The position numbers and the translations under genes were made by a program. DNA of 64,000 nt from Phycisphaerales bacterium. Its GTDB lineage: Bacteria; Planctomycetota; Phycisphaerae; Phycisphaerales; UBA1924. The stretch lies in assembly GCA_020849105.1 (NCBI GenBank), contig JADLGW010000044.1, positions 13,683-77,682 on the forward strand, in the 5' to 3' direction. This document shows positions 1 to 8,630 of the stretch, piece by piece. Below the pieces are notes generated by a model. That model ran no database searches, was not told the DNA's origin, and saw nothing but the letters and a program-made list of their open reading frames with translations. The stretch's first letter is position 1. Each line of letters begins with the position of its first letter.

Positions 1-1166
1 GTGCCGGCGTCAACAGGGCGGTTGAGGGCGCGGCGGACTCCCGGGCGGCCAGCGCGTACACCTGGCTGGTGATCACTTATATGGTGGCGCAGTTGCTGTT
101 CGCGCCGGTGCTGGGCAGTCTTTCCGACCAGATCGGGCGGAGGCCGGTCATCCTGATCTCGCTGCTGGGGACGGGGATTGACTACTTCGCGATGGCGGTG
201 GCGCCGACCCTGTGGTGGCTGTTCGTCACGAGGGCGATCAGCGGCATCACCGGGGCGAACTTCTCCGCGGCCAGCGCCTACATCGCCGACGTGACGCCGC
301 CGGAGAAGCGGGCGGCGGGGTACGGGCTGCTGGGCGCGGCGTTCGGGATCGGGTTCGTGTTCGGGCCCCTGGTCGGCGGGCTGCTCGGGGATGCGTCGCA
401 CCACATCCCCTTCATCGGGGCGGGGAACGTGCGGTACCCGTTCATGGTGGCGGGCGGGCTGGCGCTGGTGAACACGCTCTACGGTGTGTTCGTGCTCCGT
501 GAGTCCCTGCCGCGGGACCGGCGGAGGGCGTTCTCGCTGCGGCGGGCGCACCCGATCGGGGCCCTGCGGACGCTGGCGAAGTACCCGATCGCCAACGGCC
601 TGGCGTGGACGTTGTTCCTGGTGATGCTGGCGCACTTCGGCCTGCGGGTGGTGTGGGTGCTGTACACGCAGTACCGCTACGGGTGGAGCGAGGCGGAGGT
701 CGGCATCTCCCTGGGCCTTGTGGGGATCGTGGCGGCGGTGGTCCAGGGCGGGCTGTCGCGCACGCTGATCCCGAAGATGGGGGAGGCGCGGGCGGTGCGG
801 CTGGGGCTGATCCTGGCGATCGTCCAGTACGCGGCGTACGGGCTTGCGACCCAGGGCTGGATGATCTATGTCATCATCATGGCCGGGGCGCTCGGGGCGG
901 TGTTCGGCCCCGCGGCCCAGTCGCTCATCAGCCGGGCGGTGCCGGCCGACGAGCAGGGGGAGGTGCAGGGGGCGATCACCAGCCTGCAGAGCCTGGCGGG
1001 GATCCCCGGCACGCTCATCGGCGGGAACCTGTTCGCGTACTTCGTTTCCCCCGATTCCCCGGTCATCCTGCCGGGGGCGCCGCTGTATATCAGCGCGCTG
1101 GTCATGGTGGGCGGCTACCTGCTGGCCGACCGGGTGCTGCGCCGCCACCGGCCCGGGCCGGGATAG
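1..1166 (+). CDS. MFS transporter, Tet/TCR-like; 5' end lies outside the window
   Basis: ORF 69..1166 stays open in frame back to nt 3. MFS motif-A-like GSLSDQIGRRPVILISL lies near the N-terminus and is followed by a run of hydrophobic helices. TAG stop at 1164-1166. Confidence 0.8.
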   Translation, partial: AGVNRAVEGAADSRAASAYTWLVITYMVAQLLFAPVLGSLSDQIGRRPVILISLLGTGIDYFAMAVAPTLWWLFVTRAISGITGANFSAASAYIADVTPPEKRAAGYGLLGAAFGIGFVFGPLVGGLLGDASHHIPFIGAGNVRYPFMVAGGLALVNTLYGVFVLRESLPRDRRRAFSLRRAHPIGALRTLAKYPIANGLAWTLFLVMLAHFGLRVVWVLYTQYRYGWSEAEVGISLGLVGIVAAVVQGGLSRTLIPKMGEARAVRLGLILAIVQYAAYGLATQGWMIYVIIMAGALGAVFGPAAQSLISRAVPADEQGEVQGAITSLQSLAGIPGTLIGGNLFAYFVSPDSPVILPGAPLYISALVMVGGYLLADRVLRRHRPGPG

Positions 1167-1227
1167 GACCGGAAGATTCTTTGGCCCCGGCGGGCCCCGT
1201 CGCCGCATGAGTGCATGGAGAACCACC

Positions 1228-3423
1228 ATGCGGCTCATACCCCTTGTTCTTGGCGTTGCCGCGGCCTTCGTGTGTGTGCCCTCGGCACGGGCGCAGCCGG
1301 ACCGCTACGCGGACACCGAGACCGGCTGGGCGTACTACTTCGGCGCCAGCCCGACCACGATCGCGGGCTCGATCGGGCAGGGGCTCCGTCCGTTCAGCGT
1401 CGAGCGCGTGGGGTTCAATCAGTACGACACGATCCTGGTCGGCAACAGCGGCATCTACAGCGCGGGGACGCCGCGGATCGCGTATGACCTGACCCCCACG
1501 GGGGTGTCCGACTGGCTCACGGCGAACAACCTGCGGCTCCTGGACCTGGAGTGCTACGACATCGGGGCCGGGCTGCTGCGCATGACGGCGGTGGGCGTTC
1601 CGAACAGCGGCGGGACGTCGGCGCCGGGCTGGGGCTACCTGTACAACGCGACCGCGGCGCAGATCAACTCGTGGATGAGCGCGAACGGCCAGCGGCTGAT
1701 CGACCTGGATGTGTACTCCCTGAACGGGACGAAGTACTACTCCGGGGTCTCGGTCCCCAACGCCGGCGCGGCCCACCACGACTGGCTGTACGCGTACAAC
1801 CGGACGGAGCAGGAGGTCGTGGACCTGCTGACGCAGAACAGCGCCCGGCTGGTGAGCATCTCCGTGGAGAGCGTGGGCACGATCACGAACCCGGTGGTGC
1901 GGTACACGGTTGTCGCCATCGGCGACAACCCGGGGGCGGGCTGGTTCTACGGGAACCTGTCGGGTGGGCAGGTCGGGAGCGAACTGGCCCGCACCGGCTC
2001 GCGGCTCACCTGCTTCCGGCGGTTCACCGACGCGTTCGGCCAGACCCGCTACGCCGTCGCGATGGTGGACAACGCCAACGCGCAGACGCGCCGCGTCCGC
2101 GACCTGATCTGGGCCGGCTGCACGGGCACGACCGGGTTCCAGATCAAGGAAGTCGGCGGCGGGGTCGTCGCGGGGGTCAACGGCGACTTTGTGTGGGAGC
2201 CGGCCAGCACGATCAAACTCCTGCACGGTGTGTACGCGATCTACCAGTGCGCGCTGGGGAACGACTCGCTCACGGCGAGCGTGTCCTACCGCAACGAGTG
2301 CGCGACCTGCCCGCTTGCCTGGACCTGCGCGCTCACGCTCGACTCGGTGAGCAACTCACTGCGGCGGATGCTCGAGCCCAGCGACAACTACGCGCTCATC
2401 GCCTTCGAGCACCGCTACGGCGTTCCCACGCTCAATAACTTCGCGGCGAGCATCGGCAGCCCGAACATCAAGTCGTTGCGGCAGGACTGCAACTGCGGCC
2501 AGACTCTGAACACGGCCACTTGCACCGACATCGTGAACCTGATGGAGAAGGCCGCGGACGGGAGCCTCTTCGACAGCGGGTGGCGCGACACGCTCTTTGA
2601 CCGCATGAACGACCTGGACGGCCAGGGCTACGGCATCTACCCGACCCTCAGCGGGGTCATCGCCTCCGAGGCGGCGGCGATCAACCTCCCGGCCTCGGAG
2701 CGCGAGAGTTTCCGCACGGCGATGCGGTACGCGAACAAGGGCGGTCTGTACGACTGCTCCGGCCCTCCGCGGCGACTGTGGCACACCGAGGGCGGGTGGG
2801 CGAGCATCCCCCGCAAGGTCTACTTCCTGAACAACTGGGTCGTCGTGCCGCGGGAGTACACCTTCGCGCTGTTCGACGACGCGGCCAGCACCGAGTCGAA
2901 CACGATCTACATGATGAAGGAAGAGATGTTCCGCGAGCAGATCCGCGAGGCGCTGGGCACCTGGAAGAGCGCGTGTACCCCGCGTGTGACCGCCGATCCG
3001 GAGGATGTCCTTGCCGCGGCCGGCGGCTCCGCGGAGTTCACGGTGGAAGCGACGGGATCGGCGCTCACCTACCGCTGGCGCCGCAATAACGTCTACCTGA
3101 GCAACCAGGCCGGGCACATTGCGGGGGCGACGGCCGCGACCTTGCAACTGTCGAACATCGTCCCCGCCGACGCCGGGGATTATTCCTGCGTCGTCAGCGG
3201 CCCCTGCGGGAGCGACACCTCGGCCGCGGCTGCGCTGACCGTGATCGTGCCCGTGTGCTACCCCGATTGCAACGGTGACGGGGCGCTGAACCTGTCGGAC
3301 TTCGGTTGCTTCCAGACCAAGTTCGCCCTGGGGCAGCCGTACGCGGATTGCAACGGGGATGGGCAGCGGAACCTCGCCGACTTCGGGTGCTTCCAGACCA
3401 AGTACGCCCTGGGCTGCCCGTGA
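1228..3423 (+). CDS. Secreted multidomain protein: four ~60-aa tandem repeats, a class-A beta-lactamase-fold serine hydrolase domain, an Ig-like domain and a Cys-rich dockerin-like tail
   Basis: Inner ATG at 1228 gives signal peptide MRLIPLVLGVAAAFVCVPSARAQ. Hydrolase motifs are SxxK (ASTIKLL), SDN (EPSDNYA) and a KGG variant of KTG. The Ig-like stretch is AGDYSCVVSGPCG. The last 55 aa are the CYPDCNGDG...GCP module. The 868-1227 part of the track ORF is an upstream artefact. Confidence 0.85.
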   Translation: MRLIPLVLGVAAAFVCVPSARAQPDRYADTETGWAYYFGASPTTIAGSIGQGLRPFSVERVGFNQYDTILVGNSGIYSAGTPRIAYDLTPTGVSDWLTANNLRLLDLECYDIGAGLLRMTAVGVPNSGGTSAPGWGYLYNATAAQINSWMSANGQRLIDLDVYSLNGTKYYSGVSVPNAGAAHHDWLYAYNRTEQEVVDLLTQNSARLVSISVESVGTITNPVVRYTVVAIGDNPGAGWFYGNLSGGQVGSELARTGSRLTCFRRFTDAFGQTRYAVAMVDNANAQTRRVRDLIWAGCTGTTGFQIKEVGGGVVAGVNGDFVWEPASTIKLLHGVYAIYQCALGNDSLTASVSYRNECATCPLAWTCALTLDSVSNSLRRMLEPSDNYALIAFEHRYGVPTLNNFAASIGSPNIKSLRQDCNCGQTLNTATCTDIVNLMEKAADGSLFDSGWRDTLFDRMNDLDGQGYGIYPTLSGVIASEAAAINLPASERESFRTAMRYANKGGLYDCSGPPRRLWHTEGGWASIPRKVYFLNNWVVVPREYTFALFDDAASTESNTIYMMKEEMFREQIREALGTWKSACTPRVTADPEDVLAAAGGSAEFTVEATGSALTYRWRRNNVYLSNQAGHIAGATAATLQLSNIVPADAGDYSCVVSGPCGSDTSAAAALTVIVPVCYPDCNGDGALNLSDFGCFQTKFALGQPYADCNGDGQRNLADFGCFQTKYALGCP
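3256..3420 (+). repeat. Dockerin-like Cys-rich C-terminal module, copy 1 (165 nt / 55 aa)
   Basis: CYPDCNGDGALNLSDFGCFQTKFALGQPYADCNGDGQRNLADFGCFQTKYALGCP, immediately before the stop codon. Confidence 0.9.
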
Positions 3424-3462
3424 GCGCCCGCAACCTGTCGGTGTGCCGAGGAGAGAGAGGGT

Positions 3463-3490
3463 CGGGCGGCCCGGACGCCCGGCCCTTTTT
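3463..3490 (+). terminator. Intrinsic terminator-like hairpin with T-run
   Basis: CGGGCG-gcccgga-CGCCCG, then GCCC and TTTTT (3486-3490), about 40 nt after the stop at 3423. Confidence 0.6.
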
Positions 3491-3544
3491 CCATGACGGC
3501 CGGGCCACCTGGCGTGGACGCGCCGGCACGATATCCTCTGCCCC

Positions 3545-6500
3545 ATGAAGTTGTTCTCCTCCGCGTTTCTTCCGGCCGTGCTGGCCGCTGCCGCGGCGCT
3601 GGCCCAGCCCACCGGCACCTCGCCCCTCGACCCCCCTCCCAATGGGCCGCGTCACGAGGACCCGACGTGGCACGCCCTGACGCACGCGACGGTGCACGTC
3701 AGCCCCGCTCAGGTCCTCGACGATGCCATGGTCGTGGTGCGGGACGGGCGGATTGTTTCCGTCGGGGCGGGCGACGCGCCGGCGGGGGCGCGGGTCTGGG
3801 ACTGCACGGGCCTGCACGTCTACGCCGGGTTCATCGACCCCTATGTGGAGGTCGATGCGCCGCGGCCGGCCGCCGGGGCGCCGGGCGTCCACTGGAACAG
3901 CCGTGTCACGCCGCAGAGGTCGGCCCTGGACGGCCCGGTGATGGACGAGGGGACGGCCGGATCGCTCCGCAAACTGGGGTTCGCGGCCGCGATTGTGAGC
4001 CCCCGCGGCGGGGTTTTCCGCGGGTCGTCGGCGCTGGTGAGCCTGGCGGCTCCCGCGACCGAGTCGAGCGCCGACCGGCCGCCGGTGTACACGCCCGTGG
4101 CGTACCAGGCCGTGGCGTTCGAGACCGGCGGATTCGGGGGCGGGGATCAGTACCCGGGTTCGCAGATGGGGGCCATCGCGCTGGTGCGCCAGACGCTGAT
4201 CGACGAGACGTGGCAGAGGGACGAGCGGGCCAGAGGGGCGGTGATCCCGCCCAACGCGCTCGACGGGCTGCGGCCGTGGCGCGGTCCGGATGGCCTGCCA
4301 TCGGCGATGCCGGTGAACGATGCGCGGGTGCAGTCGCCGCCGATGGTCCCCCTGTTGTTCGACTGCCGGGATGAACTGGAAGTGCTCCGGGCGATCAAGG
4401 TCGCGGGCGAGTTCTCGCGCACGGCGGTGATCCTCGGGTCCGGGAGCGAGTTCAAGCGTCTGGCCGCGATCGCCGGGGTGGGCAAGCCGATCTTCATCGA
4501 GCCGCTGAACTTTCCGAGAGCGCCCGACGTGGCGGGGGTCGGGAAGGCGGAGTCCGTCGACGTGCGGGAGTTGATGGCGTGGGAACAGGCGCCGACGAAC
4601 CCGCGCCGGATGCTGCAGGCAGGGCTTCATGTGGCGCTCACGACGGCGCGGCTGCGGGATCGGGGCGAGTTCGCGGCGAACCTGAGGAAGGCGATCGCAT
4701 ACGGCCTGTCGCCGGCGGATGCCCTGGCCGGCCTGACCACCGTCCCCGCGATGATCGGCAACACCGGTGACCTGGGCCAGGTGAAGGCGGGGATGCGGGC
4801 GAACCTGGTGGTTGCGGATGGCGACCTGTTTGCCGTGAGCAACGCGAAGAAGCCGGACCCCACGCCCGATGCGGCCGGGCCCGCCCCAAAGGGCGACTCG
4901 GCGAAGGCGGAACGGGCCGAGGGCAAGCCTGACGCGAAGGACGCCAAGGTCCGCGACGTGTGGATCGACGGCGCCCGGTACGAGGTGAACGCGGCTCCGG
5001 ATGAGACCGCGGTGGGCATGTGGACGGTGATCGAGGCGGACGGGAAGCCCGTCCCGGAGGGTGACCCCGCGGCTCCCGGCATCATCATCGACGACAAGGG
5101 CGCCGTGACGGTGCAGGTGGGCGAGAAGAAGGTGAAGGCGACGAGCGTCCATGTGCTGCGGGGGCGCGCGGATTATGTGTACGACACCAAGGAGTTCGGC
5201 GGCACGGGCCTGGTCGCGGACCAGGCGACGATCCAGGGCAAGGAGATGATCGGGGTCACGCGGCGTGCGGACGGGTCGATCCACCGGTGGAAGGCGAAGT
5301 ACACGGGCGAGCCACCGAAGGAGGCCCCCCGGGCCAGGGGCACGGGGGACCGACTCTCAGGGAACTGGGTCTTCGTCATGTACGACGGCGAGCCCGTGGC
5401 GCCGGAGAGGCAGGGCGTCATGTCGATCGCGGCGGACGGCGCGATCACGATCACGGGCAAGGGCAAGGACATCTGGTGGTCCCCGCCGGAGCGGGTCACG
5501 CCGGCCGACGTGAAGGTCGAGGGGGACAAGGTCTCGTTTCATTGGGACCTGACCCGCTGGGGCGGGGAGGTGTTTGAGGCCTCCGCGACACGCACGGGCG
5601 ACAAACTCGCGGGAAAGATCGTCGGGCTGAACAGCAAGATCGAGAGGACCTGGGAGGCTGCCCTGGAAACGCCCCCGCAGCCGGACAAGCCGGCGTCCGC
5701 CGAGACACCTGCGGAGAAGCCGGACCCGACCAAGGACATCCCGGAAACGCTCGCGTACCCGTTCGGGCCGTACGGGGTCGAGGCTCTCCCCCCGCAGGAG
5801 CGGCTGGTGGTGACGAACGCGACGCTGTGGACCAGCGGGCCGCAGGGCATCATCAAGGAGGGCGCCCTTGTCATCGACGGCGGAAAGATCGTGTACGTCG
5901 GGCCCGCGGCATCGCTCCCGGCGCTCGAGGGTGCTCCGCGCACCATCGACGCGGGCGGCCGGCCCGTCACCGCGGGGCTCATCGACTGCCACAGCCACAC
6001 GGGGATCAGCGGCGGCGTGAACGAGGGCACGCAGTCGTGCACGGCGGAGGTGCGGATCGGAGATGTCACCGACCCCGACTCGATCAACTGGTACCGGCAG
6101 ATCGCCGGCGGGCTGACGGTGGTGAACAGCCTGCACGGGTCCGCCAACCCGATGGGCGGTCAGAACCAGGTGAACAAGATCCGCTGGGGCGCCCGGTCGC
6201 CGGACGACATGCACTTTGAGGGTGCGCAGCCGGGGATCAAGTTCGCGCTGGGCGAGAACGTCAAGCGTTCCCGGAGCCCGGACAACACCCGTTACCCGGA
6301 CACGCGGATGGGGGTGGAGGCCTTCATGCGCGATCGGTTCACGGCGGCGCGGGAGTACGCGGCCGCGCGGTCGAAGTGGGAGGCCTCCGACAAGACCGGC
6401 CCGGAGCCGCGCCGGGACCTGGAACTGGACGCGCTGGCGGAGATCCTGGCCGGCACGCGCCTGGTGCACTGCCACAGTTACCGGCAGGACGAGATCCTGA

Positions 6501-7240
6501 TGCTGGCGCGGCTGTCCGCCGGCTTCGGCTTTCGGCTCGGCACATACCAGCACGGGCTGGAGTGCTACAAGGTCGCGGACACCGTGCGCGAGGCGGCACG
6601 CGGGGCGTCTATCTTCAGCGACTGGTGGGCGTACAAGGTTGAGGTCCAGGACGCGATCCCGCAGGCCGGGCCGATCCTGCACGAGCAGGGCGTGGTCGTG
6701 AGTTACAACTCCGACTCGGATGAACTCGCTCGCCGGCTCAACGTGGAGGCCGCGAAGGCCGTGAAGTACGGCGGTGTGAAGCCGGAGGAGGCGATCAAGT
6801 TCGTCACGATCAATCCGGCGATCCAGCTCAACATCGCGGACCGAGTCGGATCGCTGGAAGCAGGAAAGGACGCGGACTTCGTGATCTGGTCGGGCGACCC
6901 GCTCTCGGCCTTCAGCCGCTGCCAGGCGACCTATATCGATGGACGCGAGTATTTTTCGCTCGAAAAGGATGCGGCGGCCCGCCAGAAGATCGCATCCGAA
7001 CGCACCCGCCTGATCCAGAAGGTGCTCACCGAGGGGAAGAGCCCCGGCCGGCCGGGCGGCGATGAGGGCGGAGGACCGGGCGCTCCGGGGGGACGCCGTC
7101 GTCCGCCATCCGGAGCCGACCGCGACGCCGCGTTGATCGAGGCGTACTACCTGGACCGCTCCAACCGCGGCCTGGAGTGCGACGTGTGCGGAGAGTGCGG
7201 GCTGGAGATCGAGCACCTGCTCGGAGGAGAATCGCGATGA
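3545..7240 (+). CDS. Large secreted amidohydrolase-family protein: degenerate N-terminal amidohydrolase-like half, ~270-aa insert, canonical C-terminal half
   Basis: Signal peptide MKLFSSAFLPAVLAAAAALAQP. The N-terminal half has GFIDPYVEV where the HxH metal motif is expected. The C-terminal half has the canonical GLIDCHSHTG. Coding is uninterrupted for 1231 aa. Confidence 0.85.
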   Translation: MKLFSSAFLPAVLAAAAALAQPTGTSPLDPPPNGPRHEDPTWHALTHATVHVSPAQVLDDAMVVVRDGRIVSVGAGDAPAGARVWDCTGLHVYAGFIDPYVEVDAPRPAAGAPGVHWNSRVTPQRSALDGPVMDEGTAGSLRKLGFAAAIVSPRGGVFRGSSALVSLAAPATESSADRPPVYTPVAYQAVAFETGGFGGGDQYPGSQMGAIALVRQTLIDETWQRDERARGAVIPPNALDGLRPWRGPDGLPSAMPVNDARVQSPPMVPLLFDCRDELEVLRAIKVAGEFSRTAVILGSGSEFKRLAAIAGVGKPIFIEPLNFPRAPDVAGVGKAESVDVRELMAWEQAPTNPRRMLQAGLHVALTTARLRDRGEFAANLRKAIAYGLSPADALAGLTTVPAMIGNTGDLGQVKAGMRANLVVADGDLFAVSNAKKPDPTPDAAGPAPKGDSAKAERAEGKPDAKDAKVRDVWIDGARYEVNAAPDETAVGMWTVIEADGKPVPEGDPAAPGIIIDDKGAVTVQVGEKKVKATSVHVLRGRADYVYDTKEFGGTGLVADQATIQGKEMIGVTRRADGSIHRWKAKYTGEPPKEAPRARGTGDRLSGNWVFVMYDGEPVAPERQGVMSIAADGAITITGKGKDIWWSPPERVTPADVKVEGDKVSFHWDLTRWGGEVFEASATRTGDKLAGKIVGLNSKIERTWEAALETPPQPDKPASAETPAEKPDPTKDIPETLAYPFGPYGVEALPPQERLVVTNATLWTSGPQGIIKEGALVIDGGKIVYVGPAASLPALEGAPRTIDAGGRPVTAGLIDCHSHTGISGGVNEGTQSCTAEVRIGDVTDPDSINWYRQIAGGLTVVNSLHGSANPMGGQNQVNKIRWGARSPDDMHFEGAQPGIKFALGENVKRSRSPDNTRYPDTRMGVEAFMRDRFTAAREYAAARSKWEASDKTGPEPRRDLELDALAEILAGTRLVHCHSYRQDEILMLARLSAGFGFRLGTYQHGLECYKVADTVREAARGASIFSDWWAYKVEVQDAIPQAGPILHEQGVVVSYNSDSDELARRLNVEAAKAVKYGGVKPEEAIKFVTINPAIQLNIADRVGSLEAGKDADFVIWSGDPLSAFSRCQATYIDGREYFSLEKDAAARQKIASERTRLIQKVLTEGKSPGRPGGDEGGGPGAPGGRRRPPSGADRDAALIEAYYLDRSNRGLECDVCGECGLEIEHLLGGESR

Positions 7241-8595
7241 CCACGCTCCGCAGGACGCTCGGATTCGTGACCGGGGCGCTGCTGGCCTGCGGGGCCGCGG
7301 CGCAGGACCTGACCGTCAAGGCGCCGGCCCAGTCGCAGACCATCGCGATCGTGAATGCCACGGTCCATCCCGTGTCCGGCCCGGACATCGACCGCGGCTA
7401 CGTCGTGTTTGATCGCGGCGTGATCACGGCGGTGGGGGCCGGCGACTACACGCTGCCGGGGCCCGGCACCGTCATCGACGCGACCGGGAAGCACGTCTAC
7501 CCGGGCATGATCGGCCCCTGGACGCGCCTGGGCCTGGTCGAAATCGGCGCCGTGCGCGCCTCCGACGACTTCCGTGAACTGGGCGGCGTGACGCCGGAGG
7601 TCTGGGCGGCGGTGGCCGTCAACCCCGACTCGACGCTCCTGCCGGTGACCAGGTCCAACGGCGTCCTGGTCGTCGGCGTGTGGCCCGCGGGCGGCCTGGT
7701 CCCGGGGCGGGGCTCGGTGATGCAACTGGAGGGCTGGACATGGGAGGACATGGCGGTCGAGCGCGACGCGGGCCTCGTGCTGAACTGGCCCGGCATGCGC
7801 CCGGTCACCGCGTGGTGGATGCAGCGGTCCGAGTCCGAGCAACTCACCGATATCCGCAAGAGCCTTGATCGCATCGACGAGGTGTTCGACACGGCCGTCG
7901 CCTACGCGGCCGCCCGCGACGCGGACCCTGACCACCCGGTGGACCTGCGGTGGGAGGGGATGCGCGGCGTGCTCCCCGCGGCCGGCGAGAAGCAGAAGCC
8001 CGTGTTCATCTCCGCCCAGGACATCGACCAGATCAACGCCGCGGTGGCGTGGGCGGCCGGGAGAAAACTGAGAGCCGTCATCGTGGGGGGGCGCGACGCC
8101 CCGCTCGCCGCGGACCTGCTGAAGAAGAACAACGTGCCGGTGATCGTGACCGGGACCGAGGTGTTCCCGAAGCGGGCGGACTCACCGTACGACGATGCGT
8201 ACACCCTTCCGGGGCGGCTCGAGGAACTCGGCATCCTGTGGTGCATGGGCACCTCCGACGACACCGCGCACGAGCGCAACCTGCCCTACAACGCGGCGAT
8301 GGCCGTGGCGTACGGGCTGCCGCACGATGCGGCAATCCGGGGCGTCACCCTGAACACGGCGAGGGTCCTGGGTGTCGGCGACCGGCTTGGGTCGATCGAG
8401 ACGGGCAAGCAGGCCACGCTCATCATCACCAGCGGCAGCCCTCTGGAGGTGACGACCATAATCGAGCGGGCGTTCGTGCAGGGGCGCGACATCGACCTGT
8501 CCAACAAGCAGACCAAACTCGCGGACAAGTACCGGGAGAAGTACCGGCAGCAGCGGGCCGCGGAAGCGAAGGCCAACGAAAAAGCCCCCCGCTGA
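7237..8595 (+). CDS. Secreted amidohydrolase-family protein with a degenerate metal site
   Basis: ATG at 7237 overlaps the upstream TGA (ATGA). Signal peptide MTTLRRTLGFVTGALLACGAAAQ. Amidohydrolase-like start AIVNATVHPVSG...VYPGMIGPWTRLG lacks HxH. Confidence 0.8.
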   Translation: MTTLRRTLGFVTGALLACGAAAQDLTVKAPAQSQTIAIVNATVHPVSGPDIDRGYVVFDRGVITAVGAGDYTLPGPGTVIDATGKHVYPGMIGPWTRLGLVEIGAVRASDDFRELGGVTPEVWAAVAVNPDSTLLPVTRSNGVLVVGVWPAGGLVPGRGSVMQLEGWTWEDMAVERDAGLVLNWPGMRPVTAWWMQRSESEQLTDIRKSLDRIDEVFDTAVAYAAARDADPDHPVDLRWEGMRGVLPAAGEKQKPVFISAQDIDQINAAVAWAAGRKLRAVIVGGRDAPLAADLLKKNNVPVIVTGTEVFPKRADSPYDDAYTLPGRLEELGILWCMGTSDDTAHERNLPYNAAMAVAYGLPHDAAIRGVTLNTARVLGVGDRLGSIETGKQATLIITSGSPLEVTTIIERAFVQGRDIDLSNKQTKLADKYREKYRQQRAAEAKANEKAPR

Positions 8596-8599
8596 AGGA

Positions 8600-8629
8600 G
8601 CGGGGGGCCGGGTGTGGTTGAGCCCCCGC
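8600..8629. terminator. GC hairpin between convergent genes; possible bidirectional terminator
   Basis: GCGGGGG (8600-8606) pairs with CCCCCGC (8623-8629). It lies between the stops at 8595 (+) and 8631 (-). There is no clear T-run. Confidence 0.35.
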
Positions 8630-8630
8630 G

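Noticed and set aside
868-1227. 5' extensions of long track ORFs: 868-1227, 18775-20328, 29180-30175, 36593-37087 and 42554-42964.
   Set aside because: Each extension overlaps a well-supported gene on the same or opposite strand. Each is followed by an internal start with an RBS and/or a signal peptide, after which family similarity begins.
3194-5284. Long antisense or out-of-frame ORFs in the track. Examples: 3194..5284(-), 5357..7216(-), 15828..18527(+), 46721..49009(-), 60355..63336(-), 37620..39248(+), 39523..41064(+).
   Set aside because: They lie opposite or out of frame to genes with clear family signatures (amidohydrolase, SNF2, histidine kinase, ribosomal proteins, MFS, DUF1501). 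Their translations are Arg/Pro/Gly/Ala-rich low-complexity strings, typical of stop-poor alternative frames in ~70% GC DNA.
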